Origin: an uncultured virus (IMG/VR IMGVR_UViG_3300032030_000042)
Lineage: Duplodnaviria; Heunggongvirae; Uroviricota; Caudoviricetes
DNA: 64,000 bases
Strand: one strand, 5' to 3'
IMG/VR virus record: IMGVR_UViG_3300032030_000042
In this document: piece by piece, positions 41,235 through 49,453 of the stretch
Numbering within the stretch: the stretch's first letter is position 1
Layout of the letters: the number at the start of each line of letters is the position of its first letter
Position numbers and translations under genes: made by a program
The notes under the pieces: model-generated
The model's input: the letters and a program-made list of their open reading frames with translations, nothing else
The model's database searches: none
Told to the model about the DNA's origin: nothing

Positions 41235-42353
41235 TTACTTTTTGCCTTTCTTAGCGGATTTGGCCGCAGGTTTCTTTTCAGCCTTTTTCTTGGGTTCAGG
41301 CTTTTCCTCTTCATCCTCTTCCTCCTCTTCCTCTTCATCGTCTTCGGGTTCAGGTTCAGGCTCAACTTTCTTCTTAGCAGTTGCCTTTTTGGCGTTGTCC
41401 TTATTCTTTTTCTCAAGTTCCTTCTCCATCTTTTGACGGTTCTCTCCAAGTTTCTTGTCCATCTTGGTAAGGTTAGCAACCATATCGTCATGGATATTCT
41501 CAAGGATTTCCAGCATATCGTCAAGCGTAATACGCTTTGCTAATGGAGCGCCAGACCAACAAATAACGTATTCAACGTCGGCGGCATCAAGAACTTCGGT
41601 GCGCTTACCCATGTTCAAGAAATACAAGTTACCAACATAGGTACCATCTGCTTGGAGCGACAAATTGTCAACACTAATAACACCACGATTGGAGTTAGCA
41701 CCTTTGTGCTTAATGGTCAGACCGCTGACAATCCAAGCATATTCATACTGGTTTTCAGGGAAGAGTTTCTTAAATACATCAAACACCTTGCGGTCTTCAG
41801 GATTGTTTTTCGGGTCAAGACGAGTAGAACGTTTAGCAGGCGTTTCCTTTTTGGAAGAATCAACTTTTTTGTCAGCCTTTTTAGCAGGCTTGGCGGCAGG
41901 TTTCTTTGCGGTCTTAGGTTCAGGCTTTTCCTCTTCTTCCTCTTCCTCCTCTTCCTCTTCGTCATCTTCGTGTTCAGGTTCAGGCTCAACCTTTTTAGCA
42001 GACTTAGCCGACTTAACATTCTTTGCCGCAACTTTCTTCTTAGGTGCAGGTTCTTCTTCCTCTTCCTCCTCGTCATCGTCGTCTGTTTCGTCGTCCTTGT
42101 CCTCTTCTTCTACTTCACTAGCAAGGTCTTCTGCATCGTCATCATCGCTGGACTTAGACTCAGATTCAGACTCAGGCTCAACAAACGATTCAGCGATGTC
42201 GATAAGAGTATCGGTATCTTCGTCCTCCATGCCCTTGATGCCATTTTCCTCCAATATTCCAAGAAGTTTTTCACGTGCTGCATCTTCGGTCTTTGCGTTA
42301 ATGTTCAACGCTTTCAGTCTTTTTGCCATTTCGGCATCCACTTTCTTTGCCAT
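41235..42353 (-). CDS. low-complexity acidic/Lys-Ala-Pro-rich protein
   Basis: alternating poly-D/E and KKPAAK blocks around a central globular segment. Confidence 0.8.
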   Translation of the reverse strand: MAKKVDAEMAKRLKALNINAKTEDAAREKLLGILEENGIKGMEDEDTDTLIDIAESFVEPESESESKSSDDDDAEDLASEVEEEDKDDETDDDDEEEEEEEPAPKKKVAAKNVKSAKSAKKVEPEPEHEDDEEEEEEEEEEEKPEPKTAKKPAAKPAKKADKKVDSSKKETPAKRSTRLDPKNNPEDRKVFDVFKKLFPENQYEYAWIVSGLTIKHKGANSNRGVISVDNLSLQADGTYVGNLYFLNMGKRTEVLDAADVEYVICWSGAPLAKRITLDDMLEILENIHDDMVANLTKMDKKLGENRQKMEKELEKKNKDNAKKATAKKKVEPEPEPEDDEEEEEEEDEEEKPEPKKKAEKKPAAKSAKKGKK

Positions 42354-42400
42354 AATTTTTTTAAATTTTAAATGTTAATACTTTATTTATTTACAATTTG

Positions 42401-43042
42401 TTAATCTTCATCAAAATTATAGGTTTGAAATACCTGGGCAGAACGTAGTAAGTCATTTCCGTAGTTTTCTATCAAATACCTTTTCTGCATCTCAATTATA
42501 TCATTTGGCGTTATTGGCGTGTCGCCATTTTTCACTACTTCATTTCTTTGCCGCTTTTCTGCTTTGTTACCATAATAAACTTTGGTAAGCAATTTTCCTT
42601 TGTAACCTCTCAAATAAAGTGAGAATATTGCTCGCTCTTTTCCGGTTAATCCTTCTAAAAGATTCACTCCATTCACTATAAACAAATTCCTTTCTGGAAT
42701 AATTGCGGTTTCATTGGCTACACCATAATCAAAATTTATTTCATCAATACTCACTTTATTTTCCCTGGAAATGTACTTTATAAAGTCATGTACCTTATTA
42801 GCACAAGCGCATTCTAAATAATACTTAATATGCACTGGCTTTGAGGCTTCGCCACGTGAATATTTAGCATATCTGCGTCCATACGCTTTTATCGAGGTGA
42901 AAATCTTAATACGAAATTCTTGAACCAAGTCCTCAAATTCATATGAAAGACGCTCATATGAAAATACCTTGTTCGCATATTTTTTTGCCAGATATTCGTA
43001 CTTAAAGTACAGTTTTTCCGACGTTTTTTGTGCAGTTTTCAT
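42401..43042 (-). CDS. phage sigma-70-like factor 2
   Basis: LY.KYE.LAKKYA...FEDLVQEF.IKIF and LEGLTGKERAIFSLYLRGY. Confidence 0.7.
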   Translation of the reverse strand: MKTAQKTSEKLYFKYEYLAKKYANKVFSYERLSYEFEDLVQEFRIKIFTSIKAYGRRYAKYSRGEASKPVHIKYYLECACANKVHDFIKYISRENKVSIDEINFDYGVANETAIIPERNLFIVNGVNLLEGLTGKERAIFSLYLRGYKGKLLTKVYYGNKAEKRQRNEVVKNGDTPITPNDIIEMQKRYLIENYGNDLLRSAQVFQTYNFDED

Positions 43043-43054
43043 TTATACCAATAT

Positions 43055-43197
43055 TATTTACAATTTTAATTTTCAGTTAGATACACAGATTTTTGATTAT
43101 TTTTCTTTGTATCTCTACGACGCTAAATTACTAAAAATTTTTGAATAAAAAAGAAAAATCTTCGTTTTTACCGAAAATTTTTTTACACCATAAAAAA
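43055..43197 (-). repeat. conserved intergenic element copy 4
   Basis: AGATACA...TGTATCT hairpin plus CTACGACGCTAAATTACTAAA...AAAGAAAAATCTTCGTTTTTACCG. Confidence 0.85.
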
Positions 43198-43217
43198 AGT
43201 CCTCCAAAAGGAGGACT
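43192..43217 (-). terminator. intrinsic terminator
   Basis: AGTCCTCC/GGAGGACT with U tract on the minus strand. Confidence 0.8.
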
Positions 43218-43242
43218 GAAATATACTGAATTTTTAATCCTA

Positions 43243-43674
43243 CTAAAATACCCTATTCACCTCAGATTTTTCTACCCTTTCATATTGCTCCAACGAAATA
43301 GAATATAAAGTCAGAGTACCATCGTGATTAACGCTATCTAAAATCCAAACATCGCCTCGATACGAAAACTCATTTCCGACAGCGTAATAATTTTGCAGGT
43401 CAACCTTATTCATTTCAAATATCGGACGACCCAAACGGTCAAATAATTCGGCTTGTATAGCGTGTTTCTTACTTTCACTCGTAAATATACTATCTAGTCT
43501 ATTGCGGTTCGCTATATCGTCAATTCTCGCCTTTTTATAGTCCATTACACGCCCATAATATGCTTTATCCTTAGGGTTGTAATAAATCTTACGACGAAAA
43601 TCTGCAATCATGTATTCACGTTGCAGTACATCAAAATATTCAGCAATAGACAAGTTGCGTGTCTTTTTTTTCAT
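43243..43674 (-). CDS. hypothetical protein
   Basis: coupled to primase. Confidence 0.7.
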   Translation of the reverse strand: MKKKTRNLSIAEYFDVLQREYMIADFRRKIYYNPKDKAYYGRVMDYKKARIDDIANRNRLDSIFTSESKKHAIQAELFDRLGRPIFEMNKVDLQNYYAVGNEFSYRGDVWILDSVNHDGTLTLYSISLEQYERVEKSEVNRVF

Positions 43675-44633
43675 TTCCTTTTCAATTTTCCTATTACATC
43701 AATATTAAACTCATGCGGCTTGCGTAAATTATTGAATACCTCCAATGCTTCAGCGTGCGTGCATTCGTCAATATCCTTTCTATTTGTAAAAGTTATACTT
43801 GTAACGAAATTCTGTTCCAATAACAAACCATATTTCTTGATTTCTTTAATAGCATCATAATCGTATAGTAAAACAATATTAACTACTTTGCGGTCTAATA
43901 GTTTTTGCTGTTGCTCCTTACTTATTTTCTTACCAAACGTAGCAATACACTTTATACTTTCATCATCCCAAAGACTTAAATGCCTATCAACGCTGATTTT
44001 ATCAAATACACCCTCAACTAATATTACAGTTCTGGTATTATCGGTTATTTCATCATAACCATATAACAATGCACCAAAATCTGTATTGCGACTATTCTGA
44101 TAACGTAACTTATCATCCGGCACCTGCTTTGCGCCATAGCGACCTAAATAACCACGCACCTTGCCGTTATCATATACAGGAATTATAACGTAATTATCAA
44201 ACCGCTTTACCAGAGCAGTAGAACCAATTTTATACCGACGACAAATATCTGCAGTAACATTACGATTAATAAGATACTTGTTTGAATGTTCAAGAACCTT
44301 AAATCCTACTGGTAATTTAATTTCAGGCAACAATTGTAACTTCGTTTCTTGCTCCTTCTTTTCTTGTATCTGCGTTCGTAAACTACTTATTTCATCACGC
44401 ACCTCAATTGTTGCTCCATCAAGCAAATACGTTTTATCAAGAAAGCGTAAAAGTTTGTATATATTACCACCCTCCCAACATTTTTTACAACTAAACAACT
44501 GGGTGTGTTTATCAATGTAAAAGTGCGATTCTTTACCGCAGAAAGGACAATCCGCAACTAATTGTCCAGTAGTAGTTTCCTTAGTAACATGCAATATATC
44601 CCTCAGGTCTGTTTCGCTTATAGTTTTCATCAA
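43671..44633 (-). CDS. DNA primase (zinc finger + TOPRIM)
   Basis: CPFC..H..CKKC, LVEGVFD, YDYD, KDID. Confidence 0.9.
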   Translation of the reverse strand: MMKTISETDLRDILHVTKETTTGQLVADCPFCGKESHFYIDKHTQLFSCKKCWEGGNIYKLLRFLDKTYLLDGATIEVRDEISSLRTQIQEKKEQETKLQLLPEIKLPVGFKVLEHSNKYLINRNVTADICRRYKIGSTALVKRFDNYVIIPVYDNGKVRGYLGRYGAKQVPDDKLRYQNSRNTDFGALLYGYDEITDNTRTVILVEGVFDKISVDRHLSLWDDESIKCIATFGKKISKEQQQKLLDRKVVNIVLLYDYDAIKEIKKYGLLLEQNFVTSITFTNRKDIDECTHAEALEVFNNLRKPHEFNIDVIGKLKRK

Positions 44634-45988
44634 TTTTCCTCCTCTTCCTCCCAGTCCATATTCAGGGTGCGTTTGCGGTCGTAGAAACGGCTATGTGAAA
44701 AGTCGTTACAAATGTAAATAACATCGCCAGCCTTATACTCACGTAATTTATCAGTATATAAACGCATTATTCCATTATCACGCTCATCTGGAGTTTGATT
44801 CATAGTAATACAAGCATCAAACGGACGAATTTTACCCTTATCCTCGTTCAAATACGCACGCGATATAACAAAGTCCTTATCCTTTTTCAACTCATCTGGA
44901 ACATTTGAAGTCTGCGTCGCTGTATGTACTACCGCATTAAACTCCATAGCAAGCATTTTCATTGACTTTGCTAACTTACTCTGACGAAAGCGTTCCTCTC
45001 CTGGAGAATAGTTATGTCCATCACCAGGTTCCGACAATTCCATATAATCAATAAGTATAACGTGTATCTTACCATACTTCTTTTCCATTTCACGCAATTC
45101 CTTACGAATAGCAGGAATTGTTTTAGCATTGAACGTTTCCTCGGTACTTACTATAATATCATTACGACGCAACTTTTTAATAACCATCTTTGTTGCATCA
45201 AGTTTATTACTACTGATATTACCAACTTTCATATCTTGATACAACGTACCAGTCCAAGCGGAGTCATACCTATTCAAACATTGCTCCCTTGTACCCTCAA
45301 GTGAGAAATGTGCACAACGAAATCCATGACGTGCTGCTGTAATACCTAAATGAACTAGAACCTGGGATTTACCCATACCGCTTTCACCTACCCATAAAAC
45401 AGCCTCACCGCTTTCCGGACCACCATTTTCACCACCCATCTTAAAATCGAGTTCTTCAATTCCAGTAGGTACTTTAAAACGCTTTTGCCAATCCTCGCTC
45501 AAACGACGCTGCATACGAGATTCAAACCCTCCAAACACAGTTTCAAACTGGGCGTCATGAATAGAAAAATTAGCAAAATCTTCAGCGTACTTTACAAACA
45601 AGTCCCACGCTTGCTCTTTCTTTCCTTGGTTATATTTTTCTGTGATTTGGTCGTTAGCATCTAAGAATTTCATTTTCTTACAGAAATACTCAAACGAATT
45701 CACAACCTCATCAAAGTCACCAACATCTTCTTTATTTACTTCTCGTATATTCTCAAGTAATTCAAGAACCTTATCATCCTCAACAAAGTTCTGCTGTATT
45801 TGACCCATCGTAGGTATCTTTCCAGTCAGATTATAACGCTTAGTAACCCACTGCCAAAGACGCTTCTGCGATTCATCCTGCAAATAAGAATATTTCAAAT
45901 ATTGCAGGACTATATCAAATATGTTTTTATTATTGAATGCTGCCGAAAATAACTCGACAACAAAATCATTGGTTAATTTATCAGCCAT
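44630..45988 (-). CDS. DnaB-like replicative helicase
   Basis: PTGIEELD, GESGMGKS, SLE, LIDY, TATQ, K.R. Confidence 0.9.
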   Translation of the reverse strand: MADKLTNDFVVELFSAAFNNKNIFDIVLQYLKYSYLQDESQKRLWQWVTKRYNLTGKIPTMGQIQQNFVEDDKVLELLENIREVNKEDVGDFDEVVNSFEYFCKKMKFLDANDQITEKYNQGKKEQAWDLFVKYAEDFANFSIHDAQFETVFGGFESRMQRRLSEDWQKRFKVPTGIEELDFKMGGENGGPESGEAVLWVGESGMGKSQVLVHLGITAARHGFRCAHFSLEGTREQCLNRYDSAWTGTLYQDMKVGNISSNKLDATKMVIKKLRRNDIIVSTEETFNAKTIPAIRKELREMEKKYGKIHVILIDYMELSEPGDGHNYSPGEERFRQSKLAKSMKMLAMEFNAVVHTATQTSNVPDELKKDKDFVISRAYLNEDKGKIRPFDACITMNQTPDERDNGIMRLYTDKLREYKAGDVIYICNDFSHSRFYDRKRTLNMDWEEEEEN

Positions 45989-46604
45989 CGTAACCTCTCA
46001 ATTTATACACTTTTTTATATTCTTGTTTCAAAAGTCGTTTACAATCAAGACGAAACTTACATGTTGCGCAATAAGATGATTTATGATAATAAAGCGTAGT
46101 ATTCGCAATGCACCATAGAAAACCCCTTTTCGTTTGAAAATACATTGCTTTTACATTTTCTTCTTCCTGACGTAAACTTACCACTACAGTAGATAGAACG
46201 CTCGTTACGTGACGCATTTTCACGTTGCGTTCATCCTTCATACGTTTCTGCACTAAACGCCTTGTATTAGCAGAACCATATTTTTCAAAACGATTAATAG
46301 CATTCTTTCCAAATATCCAGGTAAACCTCACCTGATAATTATAGTTATCTGGACTATCCTCAGTGAACCAACTTTGAACTCCATACAACACAAAATCCGT
46401 AACAAATTCTTCACCTACTGATTCATCGCCAAAATAATCCATCCACTTATGCCAACAAGCAACATCGCTATCTGTAGCACGATACGGCACGTGTCTTTTA
46501 GTAACCTGCTCCATCGCTGAAATAAAAGTATCAACGGCAAAACGAAATAATTTCATTCTCCGTCGAACCACTTTCTTATCCAATTGTCGAGCGTTTGTTT
46601 CCAT
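45981..46604 (-). CDS. hypothetical protein (helicase-loader position)
   Basis: lies between two helicases; C...CATC...C. Confidence 0.6.
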   Translation of the reverse strand: METNARQLDKKVVRRRMKLFRFAVDTFISAMEQVTKRHVPYRATDSDVACWHKWMDYFGDESVGEEFVTDFVLYGVQSWFTEDSPDNYNYQVRFTWIFGKNAINRFEKYGSANTRRLVQKRMKDERNVKMRHVTSVLSTVVVSLRQEEENVKAMYFQTKRGFLWCIANTTLYYHKSSYCATCKFRLDCKRLLKQEYKKVYKLRGYDG

Positions 46605-48037
46605 GACACTACAGTTGTATCTAAAATACCAACATTATTTTCACCTATTGAATATACATAAGTGTTTAACCTTGCCTCACTATGGGTAGAAAAATACTGC
46701 TCAAATAGGTCAAAAATATCGATAATCAGACTTCTTTTTTTAGTTTTTGTTGCACCAAGCACCCTACCTTTGCGCTGAATAACATTAGCACTTTCTAACG
46801 CATCATCGGCATTTATCAACACCTGAACCTCAGGCAGCGTAACGCCTTTCTTGAAAATATTACTTGCCATAAGTACACCGCCATCTTCCGCAAGAAACGC
46901 TTTCTTAACAACCTCACGTTCCTCACCACTTGTCTCACCGCTAATAAAACGAAAACCGCTTTCACTCTGAAGCATCTTGCCATGTTCTACTGACTGGAAT
47001 AATACTAGTGTCTTCAATTTATAGTGATTACAAATTTCTATAATATCAAGCAAAATCTTATTACGAAATTCATTTTCATAAATCAATTCTGTTCTTAAAC
47101 CAGCAAAGTCCCTATTCTTAATCTTCGTCAAATTACTATTGTGGTCAATCATCATCATAAATACCTTGTAATTCGACAAAACACCTCTTTGTCGTAGCGT
47201 ATCTTCACTAATGTTATAAACTATATCTCCACTCCAGTCTTGAAGTTTCAAATTCTGAACATAGGCACCGCTGCGGTATGGCGTGGCTGAAAGACAAAGT
47301 TGAAAATCTAAATTCTTACACATTTTGTAAATTTTCAACTTACTATCAGAACAATTATCGTGTATCTCATCCACACAAAGTAAACGTAAATCTTTCAAAT
47401 ACGCTTTCATCCGCTTTTGACGCACTTTATCACTCCTTTTCGATAACGTACTTTGTATTGTTTGTATCATTGCAACAGTAATACGTTTTGAAAAGTCTAT
47501 ACTACCTGCTTTTATTTCACCAACCTCCACTCCACCATACCTACCGAAAAACGTTTTTATTTCATCAACTGCCTGAGTAAATAACGTCGTATTATCCACT
47601 ATAAACAAGGCATTGCCTTTTTCAGTCATAGTAAATATACGCAATATTTCAGAAGCAATAAAAGTCTTACCACCCCTGGTTGGTATAACGATGATACCGA
47701 AGCGACGCTTGAAAAACGCTTCAACCGCATAACGCTGATGAATGTAATTACCCTCCAGTCGGTCATCAATAGTAACGTCAGGCATTTCATACACCCAGTC
47801 GTTCACCTCATAACTTATATCTTCATCCTCACAATATTGAACGACATTAGAAAGCATGCCAATATGAAAAGTCAAATCACGACGATTAAATTTAGTAATA
47901 ACGTCAGAATACGCAAAGGGATTAGGATTGCGAAAAGTCAACGCCTGACTAACCGCACGAATGCCGAAACGTTGACTTTTTGCAAAACTATAATCTGTTT
48001 TACTTACACGTTCAATTATCACAGTACTTTTCTTCAT
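46553..48037 (-). CDS. SF2 helicase (UvsW-like; start likely 48037)
   Basis: PTRGGKT, VDEIH, SATP, KGVTLP, IQRKGRVL. Confidence 0.88.
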   Translation of the reverse strand: MKKSTVIIERVSKTDYSFAKSQRFGIRAVSQALTFRNPNPFAYSDVITKFNRRDLTFHIGMLSNVVQYCEDEDISYEVNDWVYEMPDVTIDDRLEGNYIHQRYAVEAFFKRRFGIIVIPTRGGKTFIASEILRIFTMTEKGNALFIVDNTTLFTQAVDEIKTFFGRYGGVEVGEIKAGSIDFSKRITVAMIQTIQSTLSKRSDKVRQKRMKAYLKDLRLLCVDEIHDNCSDSKLKIYKMCKNLDFQLCLSATPYRSGAYVQNLKLQDWSGDIVYNISEDTLRQRGVLSNYKVFMMMIDHNSNLTKIKNRDFAGLRTELIYENEFRNKILLDIIEICNHYKLKTLVLFQSVEHGKMLQSESGFRFISGETSGEEREVVKKAFLAEDGGVLMASNIFKKGVTLPEVQVLINADDALESANVIQRKGRVLGATKTKKRSLIIDIFDLFEQYFSTHSEARLNTYVYSIGENNVGILDTTVVSWKQTLDNWIRKWFDGE

Positions 48038-48784
48038 ACACCTTATTTGCTTCTGGACTTTCACAAGCGAGCATATATTCGCATATTTCAATATCGCGTT
48101 CCGTTCTATCTTTTTCGTCTTTATTAACTATATCGCAAACCGCATTCCACATTTTCTTATATTCATCACTCCTGGGATATAGCAAGTGATTACCGCTGTG
48201 CCTATCAGAAACGATTTGACACAATAATCTTTTTTCTTCTGTTGTTAATTGTGTTTTCATTTTGTATAGTTTAAAAGTCCTGTTTCTTTTGCTACATTAA
48301 CCGCAGAAACACCAAACTCCATTATACGATAAAAACTTTCATCATCAATTTCACGAATACCTGCTTGATATAAATCGTAAACATAACTTTTCACATCAAT
48401 ACACATTCCCATGATACTTGCGTGAAAAGTATCCTCACGATGCGGAATATTAACTAACATCTTTAACGGCTCAATTTCTATCGTAACATGATGCCCTATA
48501 ATAAACTCACGAACTACTAAACGAAAGCGACCATTAACGCTAGTACAAAGTGCAGTTCCTTCCTTCATGAATGCTTTCATAGGTTCACGCACTGCCTGAT
48601 TTGGGTCTGGGAGTAAATTAATAATCCCGGCAATAATACTTTTACCAAGCAACACTTCTTGTTTACCAAAGTAATTTTCACGCAGGCTTTTTATTTCATT
48701 AGCCAATGCGTCCTGACGCTTTTCCGCTTCATGAATTTCATTACGGAGTATGCGTCGTGCAATCTTTTTTACAATCTGTTTCAT
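48012..48784 (-). CDS. two hypothetical ORFs (48012-48260, 48257-48784)
   Basis: first genes of the replication operon. Confidence 0.6.
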
Positions 48785-49290
48785 ATCAAAACAATAAAAT
48801 TTTTATTAGTAACTTTGGCCGTTTGCGTCAAAAACATTTTTCTTTTTCGCTTTCGCGTGTATGTACGTGCGTTTTGTAATACTATTAACGTTTATGACGT
48901 CGTTAGACGTACAGTCTTTGAGGCAAGACACGTTTAGGAAGAAAATCACCCCTAACCCCTAAAAGAAACAAAGTAACAAAAGTTACTTATTTTCTACCCA
49001 GAATTACTGGTGGAGTTAGGGAGTTTGATTTTTTCGTAATACTAAAACTTTAAGGATTTTCCCGTCGGCAAGCATACGTTACCAGGTCGTCAAACTCCAC
49101 CCCTAACAAACTCACGGAGCCTGGATGATTACGCACTATTAAACTTTGAATGCAGAATACTTATATTTGATTAAATCTAAATATATTTAAATGCCGATAG
49201 CAATCGTTTCATTCATATTGTATAAACTTATATCGTTACACATAGTATAATTAAAAAGCAATGGTTGTTAGTGTATAAAACAAGCATAAT

Positions 49291-49329
49291 AAAAAAGTTC
49301 TATTCGTAAATAAAATACGAATAGAACTT
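49291..49329 (-). terminator. terminator closing the tail module
   Basis: AAGTTCTATTCGTA/TACGAATAGAACTT 14-bp stem with U tract. Confidence 0.8.
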
Positions 49330-49453
49330 AAAAGAATGTTTTAGTCTATTTTCGGTATGCAACCGACGCTGTTGTTTAGACTTTTACCTTTTTCATATAG
49401 AATAACAGAGCAGCAATTTTTATAATTAACGTCGGTATTTTATTTTAATCTTA

